Below, in pieces: positions 54,931 through 64,000 of a stretch of DNA of 64,000 bases. A model generated the notes under the pieces. It made no database searches. It saw nothing but the letters and a program-made list of their open reading frames with translations, and had not been told where the DNA came from. The stretch is from Pseudomonadota bacterium. Its GTDB lineage: Bacteria; Pseudomonadota; Gammaproteobacteria; Xanthomonadales; Xanthomonadaceae. The stretch spans positions 10,084-74,083 of the forward strand of contig JAZBLM010000002.1 in NCBI GenBank assembly GCA_037033225.1, given 5' to 3'. A program made the position numbers and the translations under genes. The number at the start of each line of letters is the position of its first letter. Within the stretch, counting starts at the first letter, position 1.

Positions 54931-56406
54931 TCATTGGCTCCCATCAGGGACATCATCGAGCTCGAAGCTGTCAATCTTCCATCTCTCTTCACCTAGAAGG
55001 TTTGCACCAAGTGTGTATGCGTATTCAGCAGCTGGAACGAAACGGAATTTATAACCCTCGAATTCTACATTTCCGGATTTCGTGCGGCTCGTAACCATCA
55101 TGTCGCGCTCAAGAAGCTTCGGATTCTTTCTCAGGAATTCGACGCAGTTTTTTAGCTCGCCAACGCTATGAAATGGCTTGTCGGTCCACTTCACCTCAAC
55201 TGCCCAGTGAGGCTTTTGCGTGCGCCTGTCTAGAGAAACGATATCAATCTCACCCGCATTCCACCGAGCATAGTAGAGGTCAGTTCGATCACTATGCTGC
55301 CATTGGGAGTAGATAGCAGTTTCGACAAGATGACCAAAATGCGGATCATCCTGACCAATTCTCCCAAAGAGTGCGGAGCGCATTGAGGGATTAGTTAGAT
55401 AAACTTTGAAGGACATTGCCCGCTTAAACTGCCGCGCATTGCAATCAATCCTATCTACTCGACGGATTAGAAAAGCGGCCTCCAAGTATTCCAGATACCT
55501 TTTTATAGTATTTTTGGCCACACCTGAGGATTTTGAAAGCCCCTCAAGATTAACCTCATTCCCAGTATTATAGGCGAGAGTATTAAAAAGCTTATTAAGC
55601 TCTTGAATATCATTGATGCCATAAAGGCTTGGAAGATCCCTCAGCAATACCTTATCAATAATGTCGCTCTTGATATATTGCTCAGGATTGTCCCGGACAT
55701 CCTCTACTATCACAGCCTCCGGGTAGCCACCGTAGTTTAGATAATTTACAAATTCAATATTGAGAGCTTCAATATTTGTCGCCTTGTACATCGTTCGCTC
55801 AGGATCAATGAACGTTTCGACTTTTATTAAACTGACATCTTTCCCAACGAATGTTAGATATTCCGCAAAAGTAAGAGGCGGAAGCACGTAGTCGGAAAAT
55901 CTCCCAGCGCCCGACTCTTGGCTTTTTAGCCGTAGGGCAGCCGCCGCAGAACCCGTCGCAACAAATCTATAATCCGGAAATGAGTCAACCAAAGACTTGA
56001 GATGAACCTCCCAGTTCTTCAAATACTGAATTTCATCAAAGAAAATATAAGCAGTATCACGACGCCCGACGCCCTGGTCCTCCAGAAACATCCGCAGCAG
56101 CGACTCAAGAGAAAATCCAGTATAAATCGGCGTCTCGAGCGACAGGTAGAACACCTTGTCCCCGCTAACGCCCGCCTTTAGCAGTTCACCGATAGCTTGG
56201 TACACCATTACCGTCTTACCAACGCGCCGCGGCCCCATGAGAATTACGGCCCGCCTTAACTTCGTGTTCTTGATCTTGTTGAGAAAAGACGGGAAGTAGC
56301 GACGGCGTGGCGCGTCATCAAACGGCGTTTCGGCCTGCTTGTCTGCCCACCAAGGATTATCGAACCTCATACGAGATACGACGTCGTGTTTGGCAATTTC
56401 AAGCAT
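54931..56406 (-). CDS. AAA+ ATPase (AAA_14/DUF4143-like) with wHTH and C-terminal PD-(D/E)xK-like motif
   Basis: GPRRVGKT, FFDEIQ, TGS, ESGAGR, GGYPE, EIDIV...VEVKW. Confidence 0.9.
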   Translation of the reverse strand: MLEIAKHDVVSRMRFDNPWWADKQAETPFDDAPRRRYFPSFLNKIKNTKLRRAVILMGPRRVGKTVMVYQAIGELLKAGVSGDKVFYLSLETPIYTGFSLESLLRMFLEDQGVGRRDTAYIFFDEIQYLKNWEVHLKSLVDSFPDYRFVATGSAAAALRLKSQESGAGRFSDYVLPPLTFAEYLTFVGKDVSLIKVETFIDPERTMYKATNIEALNIEFVNYLNYGGYPEAVIVEDVRDNPEQYIKSDIIDKVLLRDLPSLYGINDIQELNKLFNTLAYNTGNEVNLEGLSKSSGVAKNTIKRYLEYLEAAFLIRRVDRIDCNARQFKRAMSFKVYLTNPSMRSALFGRIGQDDPHFGHLVETAIYSQWQHSDRTDLYYARWNAGEIDIVSLDRRTQKPHWAVEVKWTDKPFHSVGELKNCVEFLRKNPKLLERDMMVTSRTKSGNVEFEGYKFRFVPAAEYAYTLGANLLGEERWKIDSFELDDVPDGSQ

Positions 56407-56437
56407 CGGGACCACCTTTACCAAGTTCAGCGCACTG

Positions 56438-56488
56438 ATCTTAGTGTAGCACCCGTGGTAGCAAGATCAGGCTCCTAATCTTAGTGTA
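56438..56488 (-). repeat. 11-bp direct repeat (tandem -10 boxes) upstream of the ATPase gene
   Basis: ATCTTAGTGTA at 56438 and 56478; reads TACACTAAGAT on the minus strand. Confidence 0.6.
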
Positions 56489-56537
56489 ACCAGCATCTCG
56501 GCACATGATCGCGGCAGATACGTGCGGCTGCTCTCCC

Positions 56538-56619
56538 TGTGCCAAGTGTGCCAAACCGTGGGCAAATAGACGTAGATATCGCAGACTGGAGGCGAAGCCG
56601 AGTGCCTAAGTGACTGATT
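56538..56619. promoter_or_regulatory. Putative integrase arm sites and IHF site
   Basis: TGTGCCAA 56538 and 56547, TGGGCAAA 56559; minus strand AATCAGTCACTTA 56619..56607. Confidence 0.6.
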
Positions 56620-56621
56620 AT

Positions 56622-56698
56622 TGGTGACCCCGGCCCGATTCGAACGGGCGACCTTCCCCTTAGGAGGGGGACGCTCTATCCAGCTGAGCTACGGGGCC
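56622..56698 (-). tRNA. tRNA-Arg (CCT), prophage integration site
   Basis: GGCCCCGTAGCTCAGCTGGATAGAGCGTCCCCCTCCTAAGGGGAAGGTCGCCCGTTCGAATCGGGCCGGGGTCACCA, 77 nt cloverleaf with CCA. Confidence 0.97.
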
Positions 56699-56785
56699 AG
56701 ATCGAGGGTGTGAAGGATACAGGCTGGCGGCGCGAAGGACTAGCGCATAGGGCCTGCAGTCAGACTGCTGGCTTCCCTGCCCCGT

Positions 56786-57478
56786 ATGCTGGCCTACCTT
56801 CCTGCGGTCCCCGTTTCCATGCCGTCGATCTGGCACCTGCTCTCCACGCTGGGCGACAGCCGACTCCTGCTTCCTGCCGCGGCGCTGCTGATCGGCGCAG
56901 GCGCGTACTACGGCAGCCGGTGGCACCGCCGATGGGCCGCCGGAATCTGTCTCGTCGCATCGGCCGTGCTCGTTTCCAAGCTGGCCTTCCTCGGTTGGGG
57001 AATCGGATCGGCCCGGTGGAACTTCACGGGCTTCAGCGGCCATGCGGCCATCTCCGCATCGGTATGGCCCGTGCTCCTTGCACTATTGGCGCCGCCACGC
57101 CGCTGGCGCTGGGCGGCGGCAAGCGGGGTGTTGATGGCGGCAGCCATCGCAGGCTCACGGCTCCCGCTGCAGGCCCATTCCTGGCCTGAAGTCGTCACGG
57201 GGTGGGCGCTGGGCCTGCTGTGCACGCTATGGGTGGTGCGGCGATGGCAGCCGCTTCCGTCGCGGCGCTCGGCATGGGCCGTGGCGGCCGTGGCGCTGGG
57301 CCTTTGCCTGCCAGTGGGCTTGCCGCAGGCGACGACCCACCAGCTCGTCGTGCGCATGGCGACAGCGCTGTCGGGAGCGGCGGCCCCGTATGGTCGATCG
57401 GCGCTGCGTGAGACGTCCCTCACGACTCCGGCGCGCGAACCGTTGACGTCGACACCCCAAATGTCGCAATTGCCTTGA
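56786..57478 (+). CDS. PAP2-family membrane phosphatase (start may be 56819)
   Basis: SK.AF.GWG, FTGFSGHA, SR....AHSWPEV. Confidence 0.8.
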   Translation: MLAYLPAVPVSMPSIWHLLSTLGDSRLLLPAAALLIGAGAYYGSRWHRRWAAGICLVASAVLVSKLAFLGWGIGSARWNFTGFSGHAAISASVWPVLLALLAPPRRWRWAAASGVLMAAAIAGSRLPLQAHSWPEVVTGWALGLLCTLWVVRRWQPLPSRRSAWAVAAVALGLCLPVGLPQATTHQLVVRMATALSGAAAPYGRSALRETSLTTPAREPLTSTPQMSQLP

Positions 57479-57548
57479 CATCCAGCGTGCAGTGCCGCAA
57501 CTATAGGCCTGTTCAAATCCCCCCAGACGGAGTAGGAGACCCCGTTTT

Positions 57549-57890
57549 ATGAAGAAGATCTTTGCGGTACTGGCCCTGGCAGGCCTCTCTTCCCCCGTCC
57601 TGGCTCAGGATGCATCGGTTCAGTCCTCGACCGACGGCTCGGCGACCAGCGCTGAAATCGCAGGCGCTGAAGCCACCGGTTATTCCACCGTGGCCATCGC
57701 GAGCACGGTCGTTGCGGCCGTTGCAACCGCTGCAGTGCTCTACAGCGTTGGCGGCGACAGCTCCAGCGGTGAGAACGATGCAGGCGGCGGCGGCGGTGGC
57801 GGTGGCGGCGACGGCGGCGGTGGCACCGGCGGTACGGGTGGCACCGGCGGCACGGGTGGCACCGGCGGTACGGGCGGCACCGGCGGCTGA
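57549..57890 (+). CDS. YjbE/GfcA-like small secreted Gly/Thr-rich protein
   Basis: AGGAG SD, signal peptide, C-terminal (GGT)n; first gene of the operon. Confidence 0.7.
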   Translation: MKKIFAVLALAGLSSPVLAQDASVQSSTDGSATSAEIAGAEATGYSTVAIASTVVAAVATAAVLYSVGGDSSSGENDAGGGGGGGGGDGGGGTGGTGGTGGTGGTGGTGGTGG

Positions 57891-57911
57891 TTGCCTGCCA
57901 GCTTGAATCCC

Positions 57912-57948
57912 AGCCCTCGCCGGGCAATGCTTGGCGAGGGTTTTTTTT
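57912..57948 (+). terminator. Intrinsic terminator after the yjbE-like gene
   Basis: AGCCCTCGCCGGGC-AAT-GCTTGGCGAGGG followed by T8. Confidence 0.75.
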
Positions 57949-57972
57949 GCCTGCCGGAAACCAGATCGATCC

Positions 57973-59082
57973 ATGAAAACCAAACTCACCTGCCTTGCGG
58001 TTGCCCTTGCGGCGTCGGCCACTCTTTCCGGCTGCCTGCTCGCTCCGGGTCAACACCTGCGTCAAAGCGATGTTTCGCAATCCCAACGCAGTGACGATGG
58101 CCGGTTGGAGATGGTGACGATCACGCCGAAGCTGATCGCCATGGATCGCGCCACGCAGGCCGAACAGGTGCTTCCGCCGGATCTGTTCGATTACGCCCCC
58201 CAGGATTACCAGGTCGGAATCGGCGATGTACTTTACGTCACGGTATGGGATCACCCCGAGCTGACCGTGCCGGCAGGCTCCCAGCAGCAGGGCAACCTTG
58301 CTGGCCGCCTTGTGCAGAGTGACGGGACGATGTTCTACCCGTACATCGGCAAGATCACTGCACAGGGCCGTACGCCGGTGCAGCTGCGCGAAGAAATCAT
58401 GCAGCGGCTGTCCAAGTACATCGAGTCGCCCCAGGTCGATGTCTCCATCCTGACCTACGGCAGCCAACGCGTCTGGATCACCGGTGCGGCCGAGCGCTCC
58501 ACGCCGATCGCGCTCGGCACTTCGCCGCTGACGCTGGCCGATGCCATCAGCCAGGGTGGATTGAACGCGACGCAGGCCGACCTCTCCGGTGTGCGCCTCA
58601 GCCGCGGTGGCGTGACCTATACCATCAACCTGGAAACGCTTGCGAACCAGTACGGTGGGCGCCAGCTGTACCTGAAGAACGGCGACTCGATTTTCGTGCC
58701 ATATCTGGATCGCAAGGAGATCTTCGTCGTCGGCGAAGTCAATCTGCCCGGCGCCTACAGCTTCCGCACCGGCGATGTATCGCTCAACCAGGCCCTTGGC
58801 CGTGCACGTGGATTGACCCAGGCGACCGCAAGCGGCAACTCGGTTTACGTGATCCGCGGCTCGCATGACCTGATTGCCGAGCCGTCAATGGTGTACCAGC
58901 TCGAGGCGAGGTCGCCGACCGCCTTCGCGGTGGGAAGCCAGTTCATGCTGCAGCCGGGTGACGTCGTCTTCGTTGGCGCTGCGGGCGTGACGCGCTGGAA
59001 CCGGTTCGTCAACCAGCTGCTGCCCTTCACCAGCATCCTGTACAACGCCGCGCGTACGGAAAGCGAAATCGGAAACAACTGA
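57973..59082 (+). CDS. wza: Polysaccharide export lipoprotein Wza/GfcE
   Basis: Lipobox LSGC; YQVGIGDVL.VTVWDHPELT; DG..FYPYIG; RWNR. Confidence 0.92.
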   Translation: MKTKLTCLAVALAASATLSGCLLAPGQHLRQSDVSQSQRSDDGRLEMVTITPKLIAMDRATQAEQVLPPDLFDYAPQDYQVGIGDVLYVTVWDHPELTVPAGSQQQGNLAGRLVQSDGTMFYPYIGKITAQGRTPVQLREEIMQRLSKYIESPQVDVSILTYGSQRVWITGAAERSTPIALGTSPLTLADAISQGGLNATQADLSGVRLSRGGVTYTINLETLANQYGGRQLYLKNGDSIFVPYLDRKEIFVVGEVNLPGAYSFRTGDVSLNQALGRARGLTQATASGNSVYVIRGSHDLIAEPSMVYQLEARSPTAFAVGSQFMLQPGDVVFVGAAGVTRWNRFVNQLLPFTSILYNAARTESEIGNN

Positions 59083-59083
59083 C

Positions 59084-59773
59084 ATGGCTGCCCGCAACGC
59101 GCCTGACGCAGGTGCCGGAGCACCCCGGCGCGCGCTTGAGCTGTCCGTAGGGCTGGCGCTGCTGCTCGGCCTGTCGGCGTGCACCTCCGCCAGCCGCTCC
59201 ACCAGCGACGCTTTCCGCCTGTTGTTCAACCGGACGGTGGAGGCCACACCCGAACAGGTGGCGGCCAATCGCTTCCCACAGGTCCAGCTGCGTGCGCCGG
59301 ACATGAGCGCGGTGATGGTGCTGGGATATGTCGACGGGGGCGAGCAGATCTGGTATGCAGGCAGGGAAGCGGTGTTCGAGCTGGATCGCGACGGTCTGGT
59401 CATCGGGACCTCTGGCCACGGCCGCCGGATCAGGAACCGCATCATCGGCCCCTCGCCGTTCCACCAGCTTGCCAGCGTCAATGGCCCGATCAAGGTACAG
59501 CGCAGCTACGACGCGGTGCCGGCCTACGCTGTGTCGGTGCCGGTCACCGGCACGCTGACCCGCCACGGGCCGGATACGGTCGAGATCCTTGGCAACAAGC
59601 GGCAGCTCATCCGTTTCGACGAACGCCTGGAGGGTGCCGGCATGAAGGCAACGAACCTGTACTGGGCGGATCCGGACACCGGATTCATCTGGAAGAGCCG
59701 GCAGCACCTTGCGCCTGGCTACATGGTCGAGCTCACCCAGCTCAAGCCTTATCGTCCGGCGGCACGACAATGA
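59084..59773 (+). CDS. YjbF/GfcB-family lipoprotein
   Basis: Lipobox LSAC; N.YW.D..G.IWKSRQ; synteny. Confidence 0.8.
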   Translation: MAARNAPDAGAGAPRRALELSVGLALLLGLSACTSASRSTSDAFRLLFNRTVEATPEQVAANRFPQVQLRAPDMSAVMVLGYVDGGEQIWYAGREAVFELDRDGLVIGTSGHGRRIRNRIIGPSPFHQLASVNGPIKVQRSYDAVPAYAVSVPVTGTLTRHGPDTVEILGNKRQLIRFDERLEGAGMKATNLYWADPDTGFIWKSRQHLAPGYMVELTQLKPYRPAARQ

Positions 59774-60537
59774 TCGCGCTGCGCATTGCGGTATGGCTCG
59801 CCCTGCTCGGCTGCCCTCTCCGGCTTGCTGCACAACCAGCACCCGACACGCTGGTGGTGGAGGTGGAAGGTGCGGTCGCTCAGCCCGGTACCGTTGAGGT
59901 CAAGGCCGGCGGGCGCCTGTCGGACGTACTCAATGCCGTCCGTCCGGATCCGGATGCCTATCTGTTGGGCGCGAGCCTGCAGCGTGTGAAGGAACGTCGC
60001 GACCAGGTACGCCTGCACGCGGGGCTGCAGTACACCGTCGACCAGCTGCCAGCACACGATGACCTGCACGTGCGCGCCATCGGTGCGCAACTTGATGATT
60101 GGCTGCAGTCGCATCCGGCTACCGGCCGCACGCGGCTGGTGCTGGAGCGCCGGCTGATGCAGGCGCATCCACGCCTCGACCCGCCCGCGCAGGCGGGTGA
60201 TCGTGTGCTGGTTCCGCTTCGGCCGCACACCGTGCGGGTGATGGGGGCCGTGGAGCACCCCTGCGAAGTACCCCACGAGCCGCTGCTTGACGCGCCCGGC
60301 TATCTGGCCCGGTGCCCGGCGTCAGCCGCGGCCGATCCCGATCTGCTGTTTGTCATCCAGCCCGACGGGCTGGTGCAGTCGTTGGGCGTGGCCGCCTGGA
60401 ACCGCGCCGATCCGCAGCCCGTGGCAGCGGGCGGCACGGTCTATGTGCCCATCCGCCAATCGGCGATGAACCACCTCGATGCCACGTTCAACGAAGCATT
60501 TGCCTCGTTCATCGCCACGCAACCTGTAGAACCTTGA
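59770..60537 (+). CDS. YjbG/GfcC-family capsule protein
   Basis: ATGA overlap; signal peptide; VIQPDG, AAWN. Confidence 0.8.
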   Translation: MIALRIAVWLALLGCPLRLAAQPAPDTLVVEVEGAVAQPGTVEVKAGGRLSDVLNAVRPDPDAYLLGASLQRVKERRDQVRLHAGLQYTVDQLPAHDDLHVRAIGAQLDDWLQSHPATGRTRLVLERRLMQAHPRLDPPAQAGDRVLVPLRPHTVRVMGAVEHPCEVPHEPLLDAPGYLARCPASAAADPDLLFVIQPDGLVQSLGVAAWNRADPQPVAAGGTVYVPIRQSAMNHLDATFNEAFASFIATQPVEP

Positions 60538-62747
60538 TGATCGTTTCCGCCACAACCCCGCGCGCTCGTCGCCGCGCCGCGCTGGCACTGAGCCTGCTGG
60601 CAATGAGCCTTTCCGCAGCGCTGCACGCGCAGCAGGCGCCGCCGGTGACGGCCAGCGAATGGGGCAGCAGCGGACTCCTGCAGACGCCGTCCGCGCGGAT
60701 GAATCAAGCGGGCGACATTGCCTTCACCGCATCGCACAACTCGCCCTACAGCCGCTACAACGTCACGCTTCAGCCTTTCAGCTGGTTCGAAGGAACGTTC
60801 CGTTACATCAACGTGTCCAACATCCGCTATGGGCCAACCATCGCCGGAGACCAGAATTACAAGGACAAGTCGATCGACTTCAAGGTCCGTCTCTGGGAGG
60901 AGTCGCGCTGGCTGCCCGACGTGGCCTTCGGCGTACGTGACATCGGCGGCACCGGCTTCTTCTCCAGCGAATACGTGGTGGCGAGCAAGAACTTCGGTCC
61001 GGTCGACGCGTCGGTCGGACTGGCCACCGGCTACCTCGGCAATCGCGGGGACTTCTCCAATCCGCTTGGCGTCATCGATGACCGCTTCAAGGACCGCCGC
61101 CCCATTGCAAACAGTGACATCACCCAGGCGGGCAAGTTCGGCGTCAGCAACATGTTCCGGGGGCCGGTCGGCGTGTTCGGCGGCCTGACCTACCAGACAC
61201 CGCTGGATCAACTGCTGGTCAAGGTCGAGTACGACGGAAACGACTACAAGCGTGAGCCGAGGGGCAACAATCTCAGGCAGCGCACACCGGTCAACGTCGG
61301 CCTGGTCTACGTGCCGAACCGCAATGTTGAACTGACGGCCGCGTGGGAGCGCGGCGATGCGGCGATGTTCTCGCTGACCCTGCGCGGCAACCCCGGCGGT
61401 GCTTCGTCCGCCCCCAAGCCGTTCGATCCGCCGCCGCTCGATCCACACGCAGCGTCTGCCGCCGGCACGCGGGCCAGCGGGCCAGAGGCGTCTGCTTCCA
61501 TCGGCTCCGGCGAAGCGATTGCTGCGGGCGCCGGCGTGAAGGACCCTGACTGGGCGTCGGTCGCGGCCCAGCTGAGGGACAATGCCGGATTCCGCGTCGA
61601 TGCCATATCCCGGCGCGGCGGCGAGCTGTTCGTGGACGGTTACCAGACCCGCTTCGCCAGCCCCGCCAAGGGGCTGGGCCGTGCGGCCCGGATCCTGTCC
61701 GTGGAGGCTCCCTCGGACTACGCGTGGTACACGCTGAGGACGACGCGCCTGGGGATGCCGATCGTCGACATGTCCGTCAAACGCGATGCACTGCTGGGGA
61801 CACTGGACGGCACGGTCAGCGAGGATGTCCTCCGTCGCAGCACGGAGATCTCGGCGCCCGCGGAGGTCATTCGGGAAACCCTGTACGAAGCGCCCCACCG
61901 CCCGTTCGGTGGCGGCTTCAACATCGGTTACCGCCAGAACCTCGGCGGTCCCGACGGTTTCATCCTGTACCAGGTGGCGGCGAACTACTCGGCAAGTTTC
62001 TTCTTCAGGCCCGATATGTGGCTGACCGGCACGTTCAGCGCCGATCTGCTTAACAATTACGACAAGTTCAAGTACAACGCGCCCAGCCGGCTGCCACGCG
62101 TGCGGACGGACCTGCGGCGCTACATGGTGGACAACGATTTCACCCTGCCCAACCTGCAGCTCAACGTGGCCCACCGGTTTGGTCGCGACGTGTACGGCAT
62201 GGCCTATGCCGGTTACCTGGAATGGATGTATGCGGGCGTAGGGGGCGAGCTGCTGTATCGGCCGATGGACCAGCCCTGGGCCGTTGGAGTCAACGTCAAC
62301 CGCGTCCAGCAGCGTGATTTCGACCAGCAATGGGGACTGCGTGACTACCGGATGACCACCGGCCATGCGACGCTTTATTACGCTTTCGACGCACGCGAGC
62401 GGATCGTTGGATCCCTGTCGGTCGGACGCTATCTCGCCGGTGACTACGGTGCGACGGTCAACGTCGCACGCGTGTTCGACAACGGCGTGACCATGGGCGC
62501 CTACGCCACCAAGACCGATGTGTCCGCGCGCGACTTCGGCGAAGGCAGTTTCGACAAAGGCCTGTACTTCAGCATTCCCTTTGACCACATCCTCCCCCGC
62601 TCTACCCGGGCACGCGCTGCGATCAACTGGAACCCGCTGATCCGCGATGGCGGCGCGATGTTGTCGCGCAAATACTCGCTGTACAACGTCACGGGCGAGC
62701 GGGACGAACGCTTCTTCTATGACAACCTGAAGTCCATCACGGACTGA
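60537..62747 (+). CDS. YjbH/GfcD-family outer-membrane protein
   Basis: GLLQTPSARM, YKDKSIDFK, GRYLAGD.G, FGEGSFDKG. Confidence 0.9.
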   Translation: MIVSATTPRARRRAALALSLLAMSLSAALHAQQAPPVTASEWGSSGLLQTPSARMNQAGDIAFTASHNSPYSRYNVTLQPFSWFEGTFRYINVSNIRYGPTIAGDQNYKDKSIDFKVRLWEESRWLPDVAFGVRDIGGTGFFSSEYVVASKNFGPVDASVGLATGYLGNRGDFSNPLGVIDDRFKDRRPIANSDITQAGKFGVSNMFRGPVGVFGGLTYQTPLDQLLVKVEYDGNDYKREPRGNNLRQRTPVNVGLVYVPNRNVELTAAWERGDAAMFSLTLRGNPGGASSAPKPFDPPPLDPHAASAAGTRASGPEASASIGSGEAIAAGAGVKDPDWASVAAQLRDNAGFRVDAISRRGGELFVDGYQTRFASPAKGLGRAARILSVEAPSDYAWYTLRTTRLGMPIVDMSVKRDALLGTLDGTVSEDVLRRSTEISAPAEVIRETLYEAPHRPFGGGFNIGYRQNLGGPDGFILYQVAANYSASFFFRPDMWLTGTFSADLLNNYDKFKYNAPSRLPRVRTDLRRYMVDNDFTLPNLQLNVAHRFGRDVYGMAYAGYLEWMYAGVGGELLYRPMDQPWAVGVNVNRVQQRDFDQQWGLRDYRMTTGHATLYYAFDARERIVGSLSVGRYLAGDYGATVNVARVFDNGVTMGAYATKTDVSARDFGEGSFDKGLYFSIPFDHILPRSTRARAAINWNPLIRDGGAMLSRKYSLYNVTGERDERFFYDNLKSITD

Positions 62748-62786
62748 GCGGTCCCCGAAGGGGGCCGCGCAAGGCAGCCCCCTGCA

Positions 62787-63221
62787 TTAGAGATGGCGCG
62801 CCCAGCTGGCGACACCTTCGGCCATCAGACCGTAGACGTGCTCGAACGCTGCACGGTGCTGGCGATAGGGGTCGGCGATTTCCCGATCCTGTTGCCACTT
62901 GCCAAGGAGGAACGTCTTGCCCGACGCCTCCGGGGCGATCTCCGTGATCCGACGCACGTGCTTGCGCTCCATGGTCAGTACGAGGTCGGCCTGGGCCAAG
63001 ATGCTGCCACTGATCTGCCGGGCACGGTGCGCACTGGCGTCCAGGCCATGCTCGAGCAGCAGCGCCTGCGCGGTCGCATCCACACCATGGTCGACCAGCG
63101 CGCCAAGTCCTGCGGAAGCGACCTGGATGCCCCGCCCGGCCACTGCGTCACGCAGCATGTATTCGGCTGAAGGGCTACGGCAGATATTGCCGACGCATAC
63201 GAAAAGAATATTCTTGAACAC
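62787..63221 (-). CDS. wzb: Low-molecular-weight protein-tyrosine phosphatase
   Basis: VCVGNICRS, DPY. Confidence 0.9.
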   Translation of the reverse strand: MFKNILFVCVGNICRSPSAEYMLRDAVAGRGIQVASAGLGALVDHGVDATAQALLLEHGLDASAHRARQISGSILAQADLVLTMERKHVRRITEIAPEASGKTFLLGKWQQDREIADPYRQHRAAFEHVYGLMAEGVASWARHL

Positions 63222-63277
63222 TGCCTGTTCCTGTTGCCATCGGCGCACAGCCTAACGCAGTCGCCAGGCCTGGTGCA

Positions 63278-64000
63278 TCAGTAGGCCGACTTCTGCCCAA
63301 GCACCTTGAACGCGGTGAGGGCGATGATGCGCACATCCAGCGTCGGGCTCCAACGACGGATGTAGTCGATATCGTATTGCACGCGCTTCTTCATTGATCG
63401 CAGCTCCGGCGTCTCGCCACGCAATCCATGCACCTGCGCCCATCCGGTGATGCCGGGTTTGACGTAGTGCCGATGCATGTAGCGCACGATCAGCTTCTCA
63501 TACTGCGTGTTGTGCTGGATCGCGTGCGGACGCGGCCCGACCACCGACATGCTGCCGCCGAGCACATTGAAGAACTGGGGAAGCTCATCCAGGCTGGTGC
63601 GACGCAGGAAGGCACCGAAGCGGGTGATGCGCGGATCATGGCGGGTGGCCTGGGTGATCGTATCCGGCGTCTCGGCGTGCACGCGCATCGAACGGAACTT
63701 CAGCATCCAGAACTCCTTGCCGCCCAGGCCGTGCCTGCGCTGGCGGAACAGGACCGGTCCGGGGGAGCTGAGCTTGACGCCTATCGCGAGCAGGGCAAAT
63801 ACAGGCGCCAATGCCAGCACGGCCAGCCCGGCCACCACGATGTCCTCGATGCGCTTCACCAGGCGGAAGTGCTGGTCCGGCAACCCTTGGCGGACGCCGA
63901 TCATCGGGACATTGCCCACCAGATGGACACCGGGATTGAGCGCGCCATAGCCGCTGATGTCGGGGATGATGCGCACGGGTACCGGATAGCGCTCTATCTT
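63278..64000 (-). CDS. Undecaprenyl-phosphate sugar phosphotransferase (WcaJ/GumD-like), 5' end outside window
   Basis: KFRSM, DPRIT, SLDELPQ, GPRP, KPGITGWAQ. Confidence 0.92.
   Translation of the reverse strand, partial: KIERYPVPVRIIPDISGYGALNPGVHLVGNVPMIGVRQGLPDQHFRLVKRIEDIVVAGLAVLALAPVFALLAIGVKLSSPGPVLFRQRRHGLGGKEFWMLKFRSMRVHAETPDTITQATRHDPRITRFGAFLRRTSLDELPQFFNVLGGSMSVVGPRPHAIQHNTQYEKLIVRYMHRHYVKPGITGWAQVHGLRGETPELRSMKKRVQYDIDYIRRWSPTLDVRIIALTAFKVLGQKSAY

Larger units (their letters stand above)
6761..56670. mobile_element. Lambdoid long-tailed prophage, apparently complete, ~49.9 kb
   Basis: 49-bp att duplication, tyrosine integrase, cI/cro, replication, lysis, terminase, portal, capsid, tape measure and tail tip genes in lambdoid order. 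Confidence 0.97.

Noticed and set aside
57785-57890. CRISPR-like or mobile repeat array
   Set aside because: Short coding tandem repeat without spacers; no CRISPR array or cas gene seen anywhere in the window
57547-62588. Long minus-strand ORFs 57547..58866 and 60441..62588
   Set aside because: Antisense shadows of wza and yjbH-like genes

Overview
GC-rich (Xanthomonadaceae/Stenotrophomonas-like, inferred from composition and gene style) chromosome segment carrying an apparently complete ~49.9 kb lambdoid prophage (6761..56670) integrated in a tRNA-Arg(CCT) gene and bounded by a perfect 49-bp direct repeat. Left flank: two-component signalling genes, MarC and an outer-membrane beta-barrel. 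Right flank: a PAP2 gene and a yjbEFGH/gfc-type (group 4 capsule-like) polysaccharide export locus with wzb- and wcaJ-like genes. The prophage has recognisable tail, head, packaging, lysis, Q-like, replication, cro/cI immunity, early-left, xis/int modules, plus many accessory genes: a proteasome-beta-like Ntn hydrolase, YciF-like ferritin, BLUF protein, zinc-ribbon pair, SRAP, a stand-alone TIR gene at the Q/pR' junction, two immunity-region lipoproteins and an AAA+/PD-(D/E)xK cargo gene next to the att site. Most unusual observation: in the early-left operon three antisense genes each lie inside an in-register sense-strand ORF whose start and stop overlap those of its neighbours, giving an unbroken chain of overlapping ORFs across the inserts. 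The C5 DNA methyltransferase in that chain also appears split over two overlapping frames. All family assignments are from motif recognition by eye; no database search was run.
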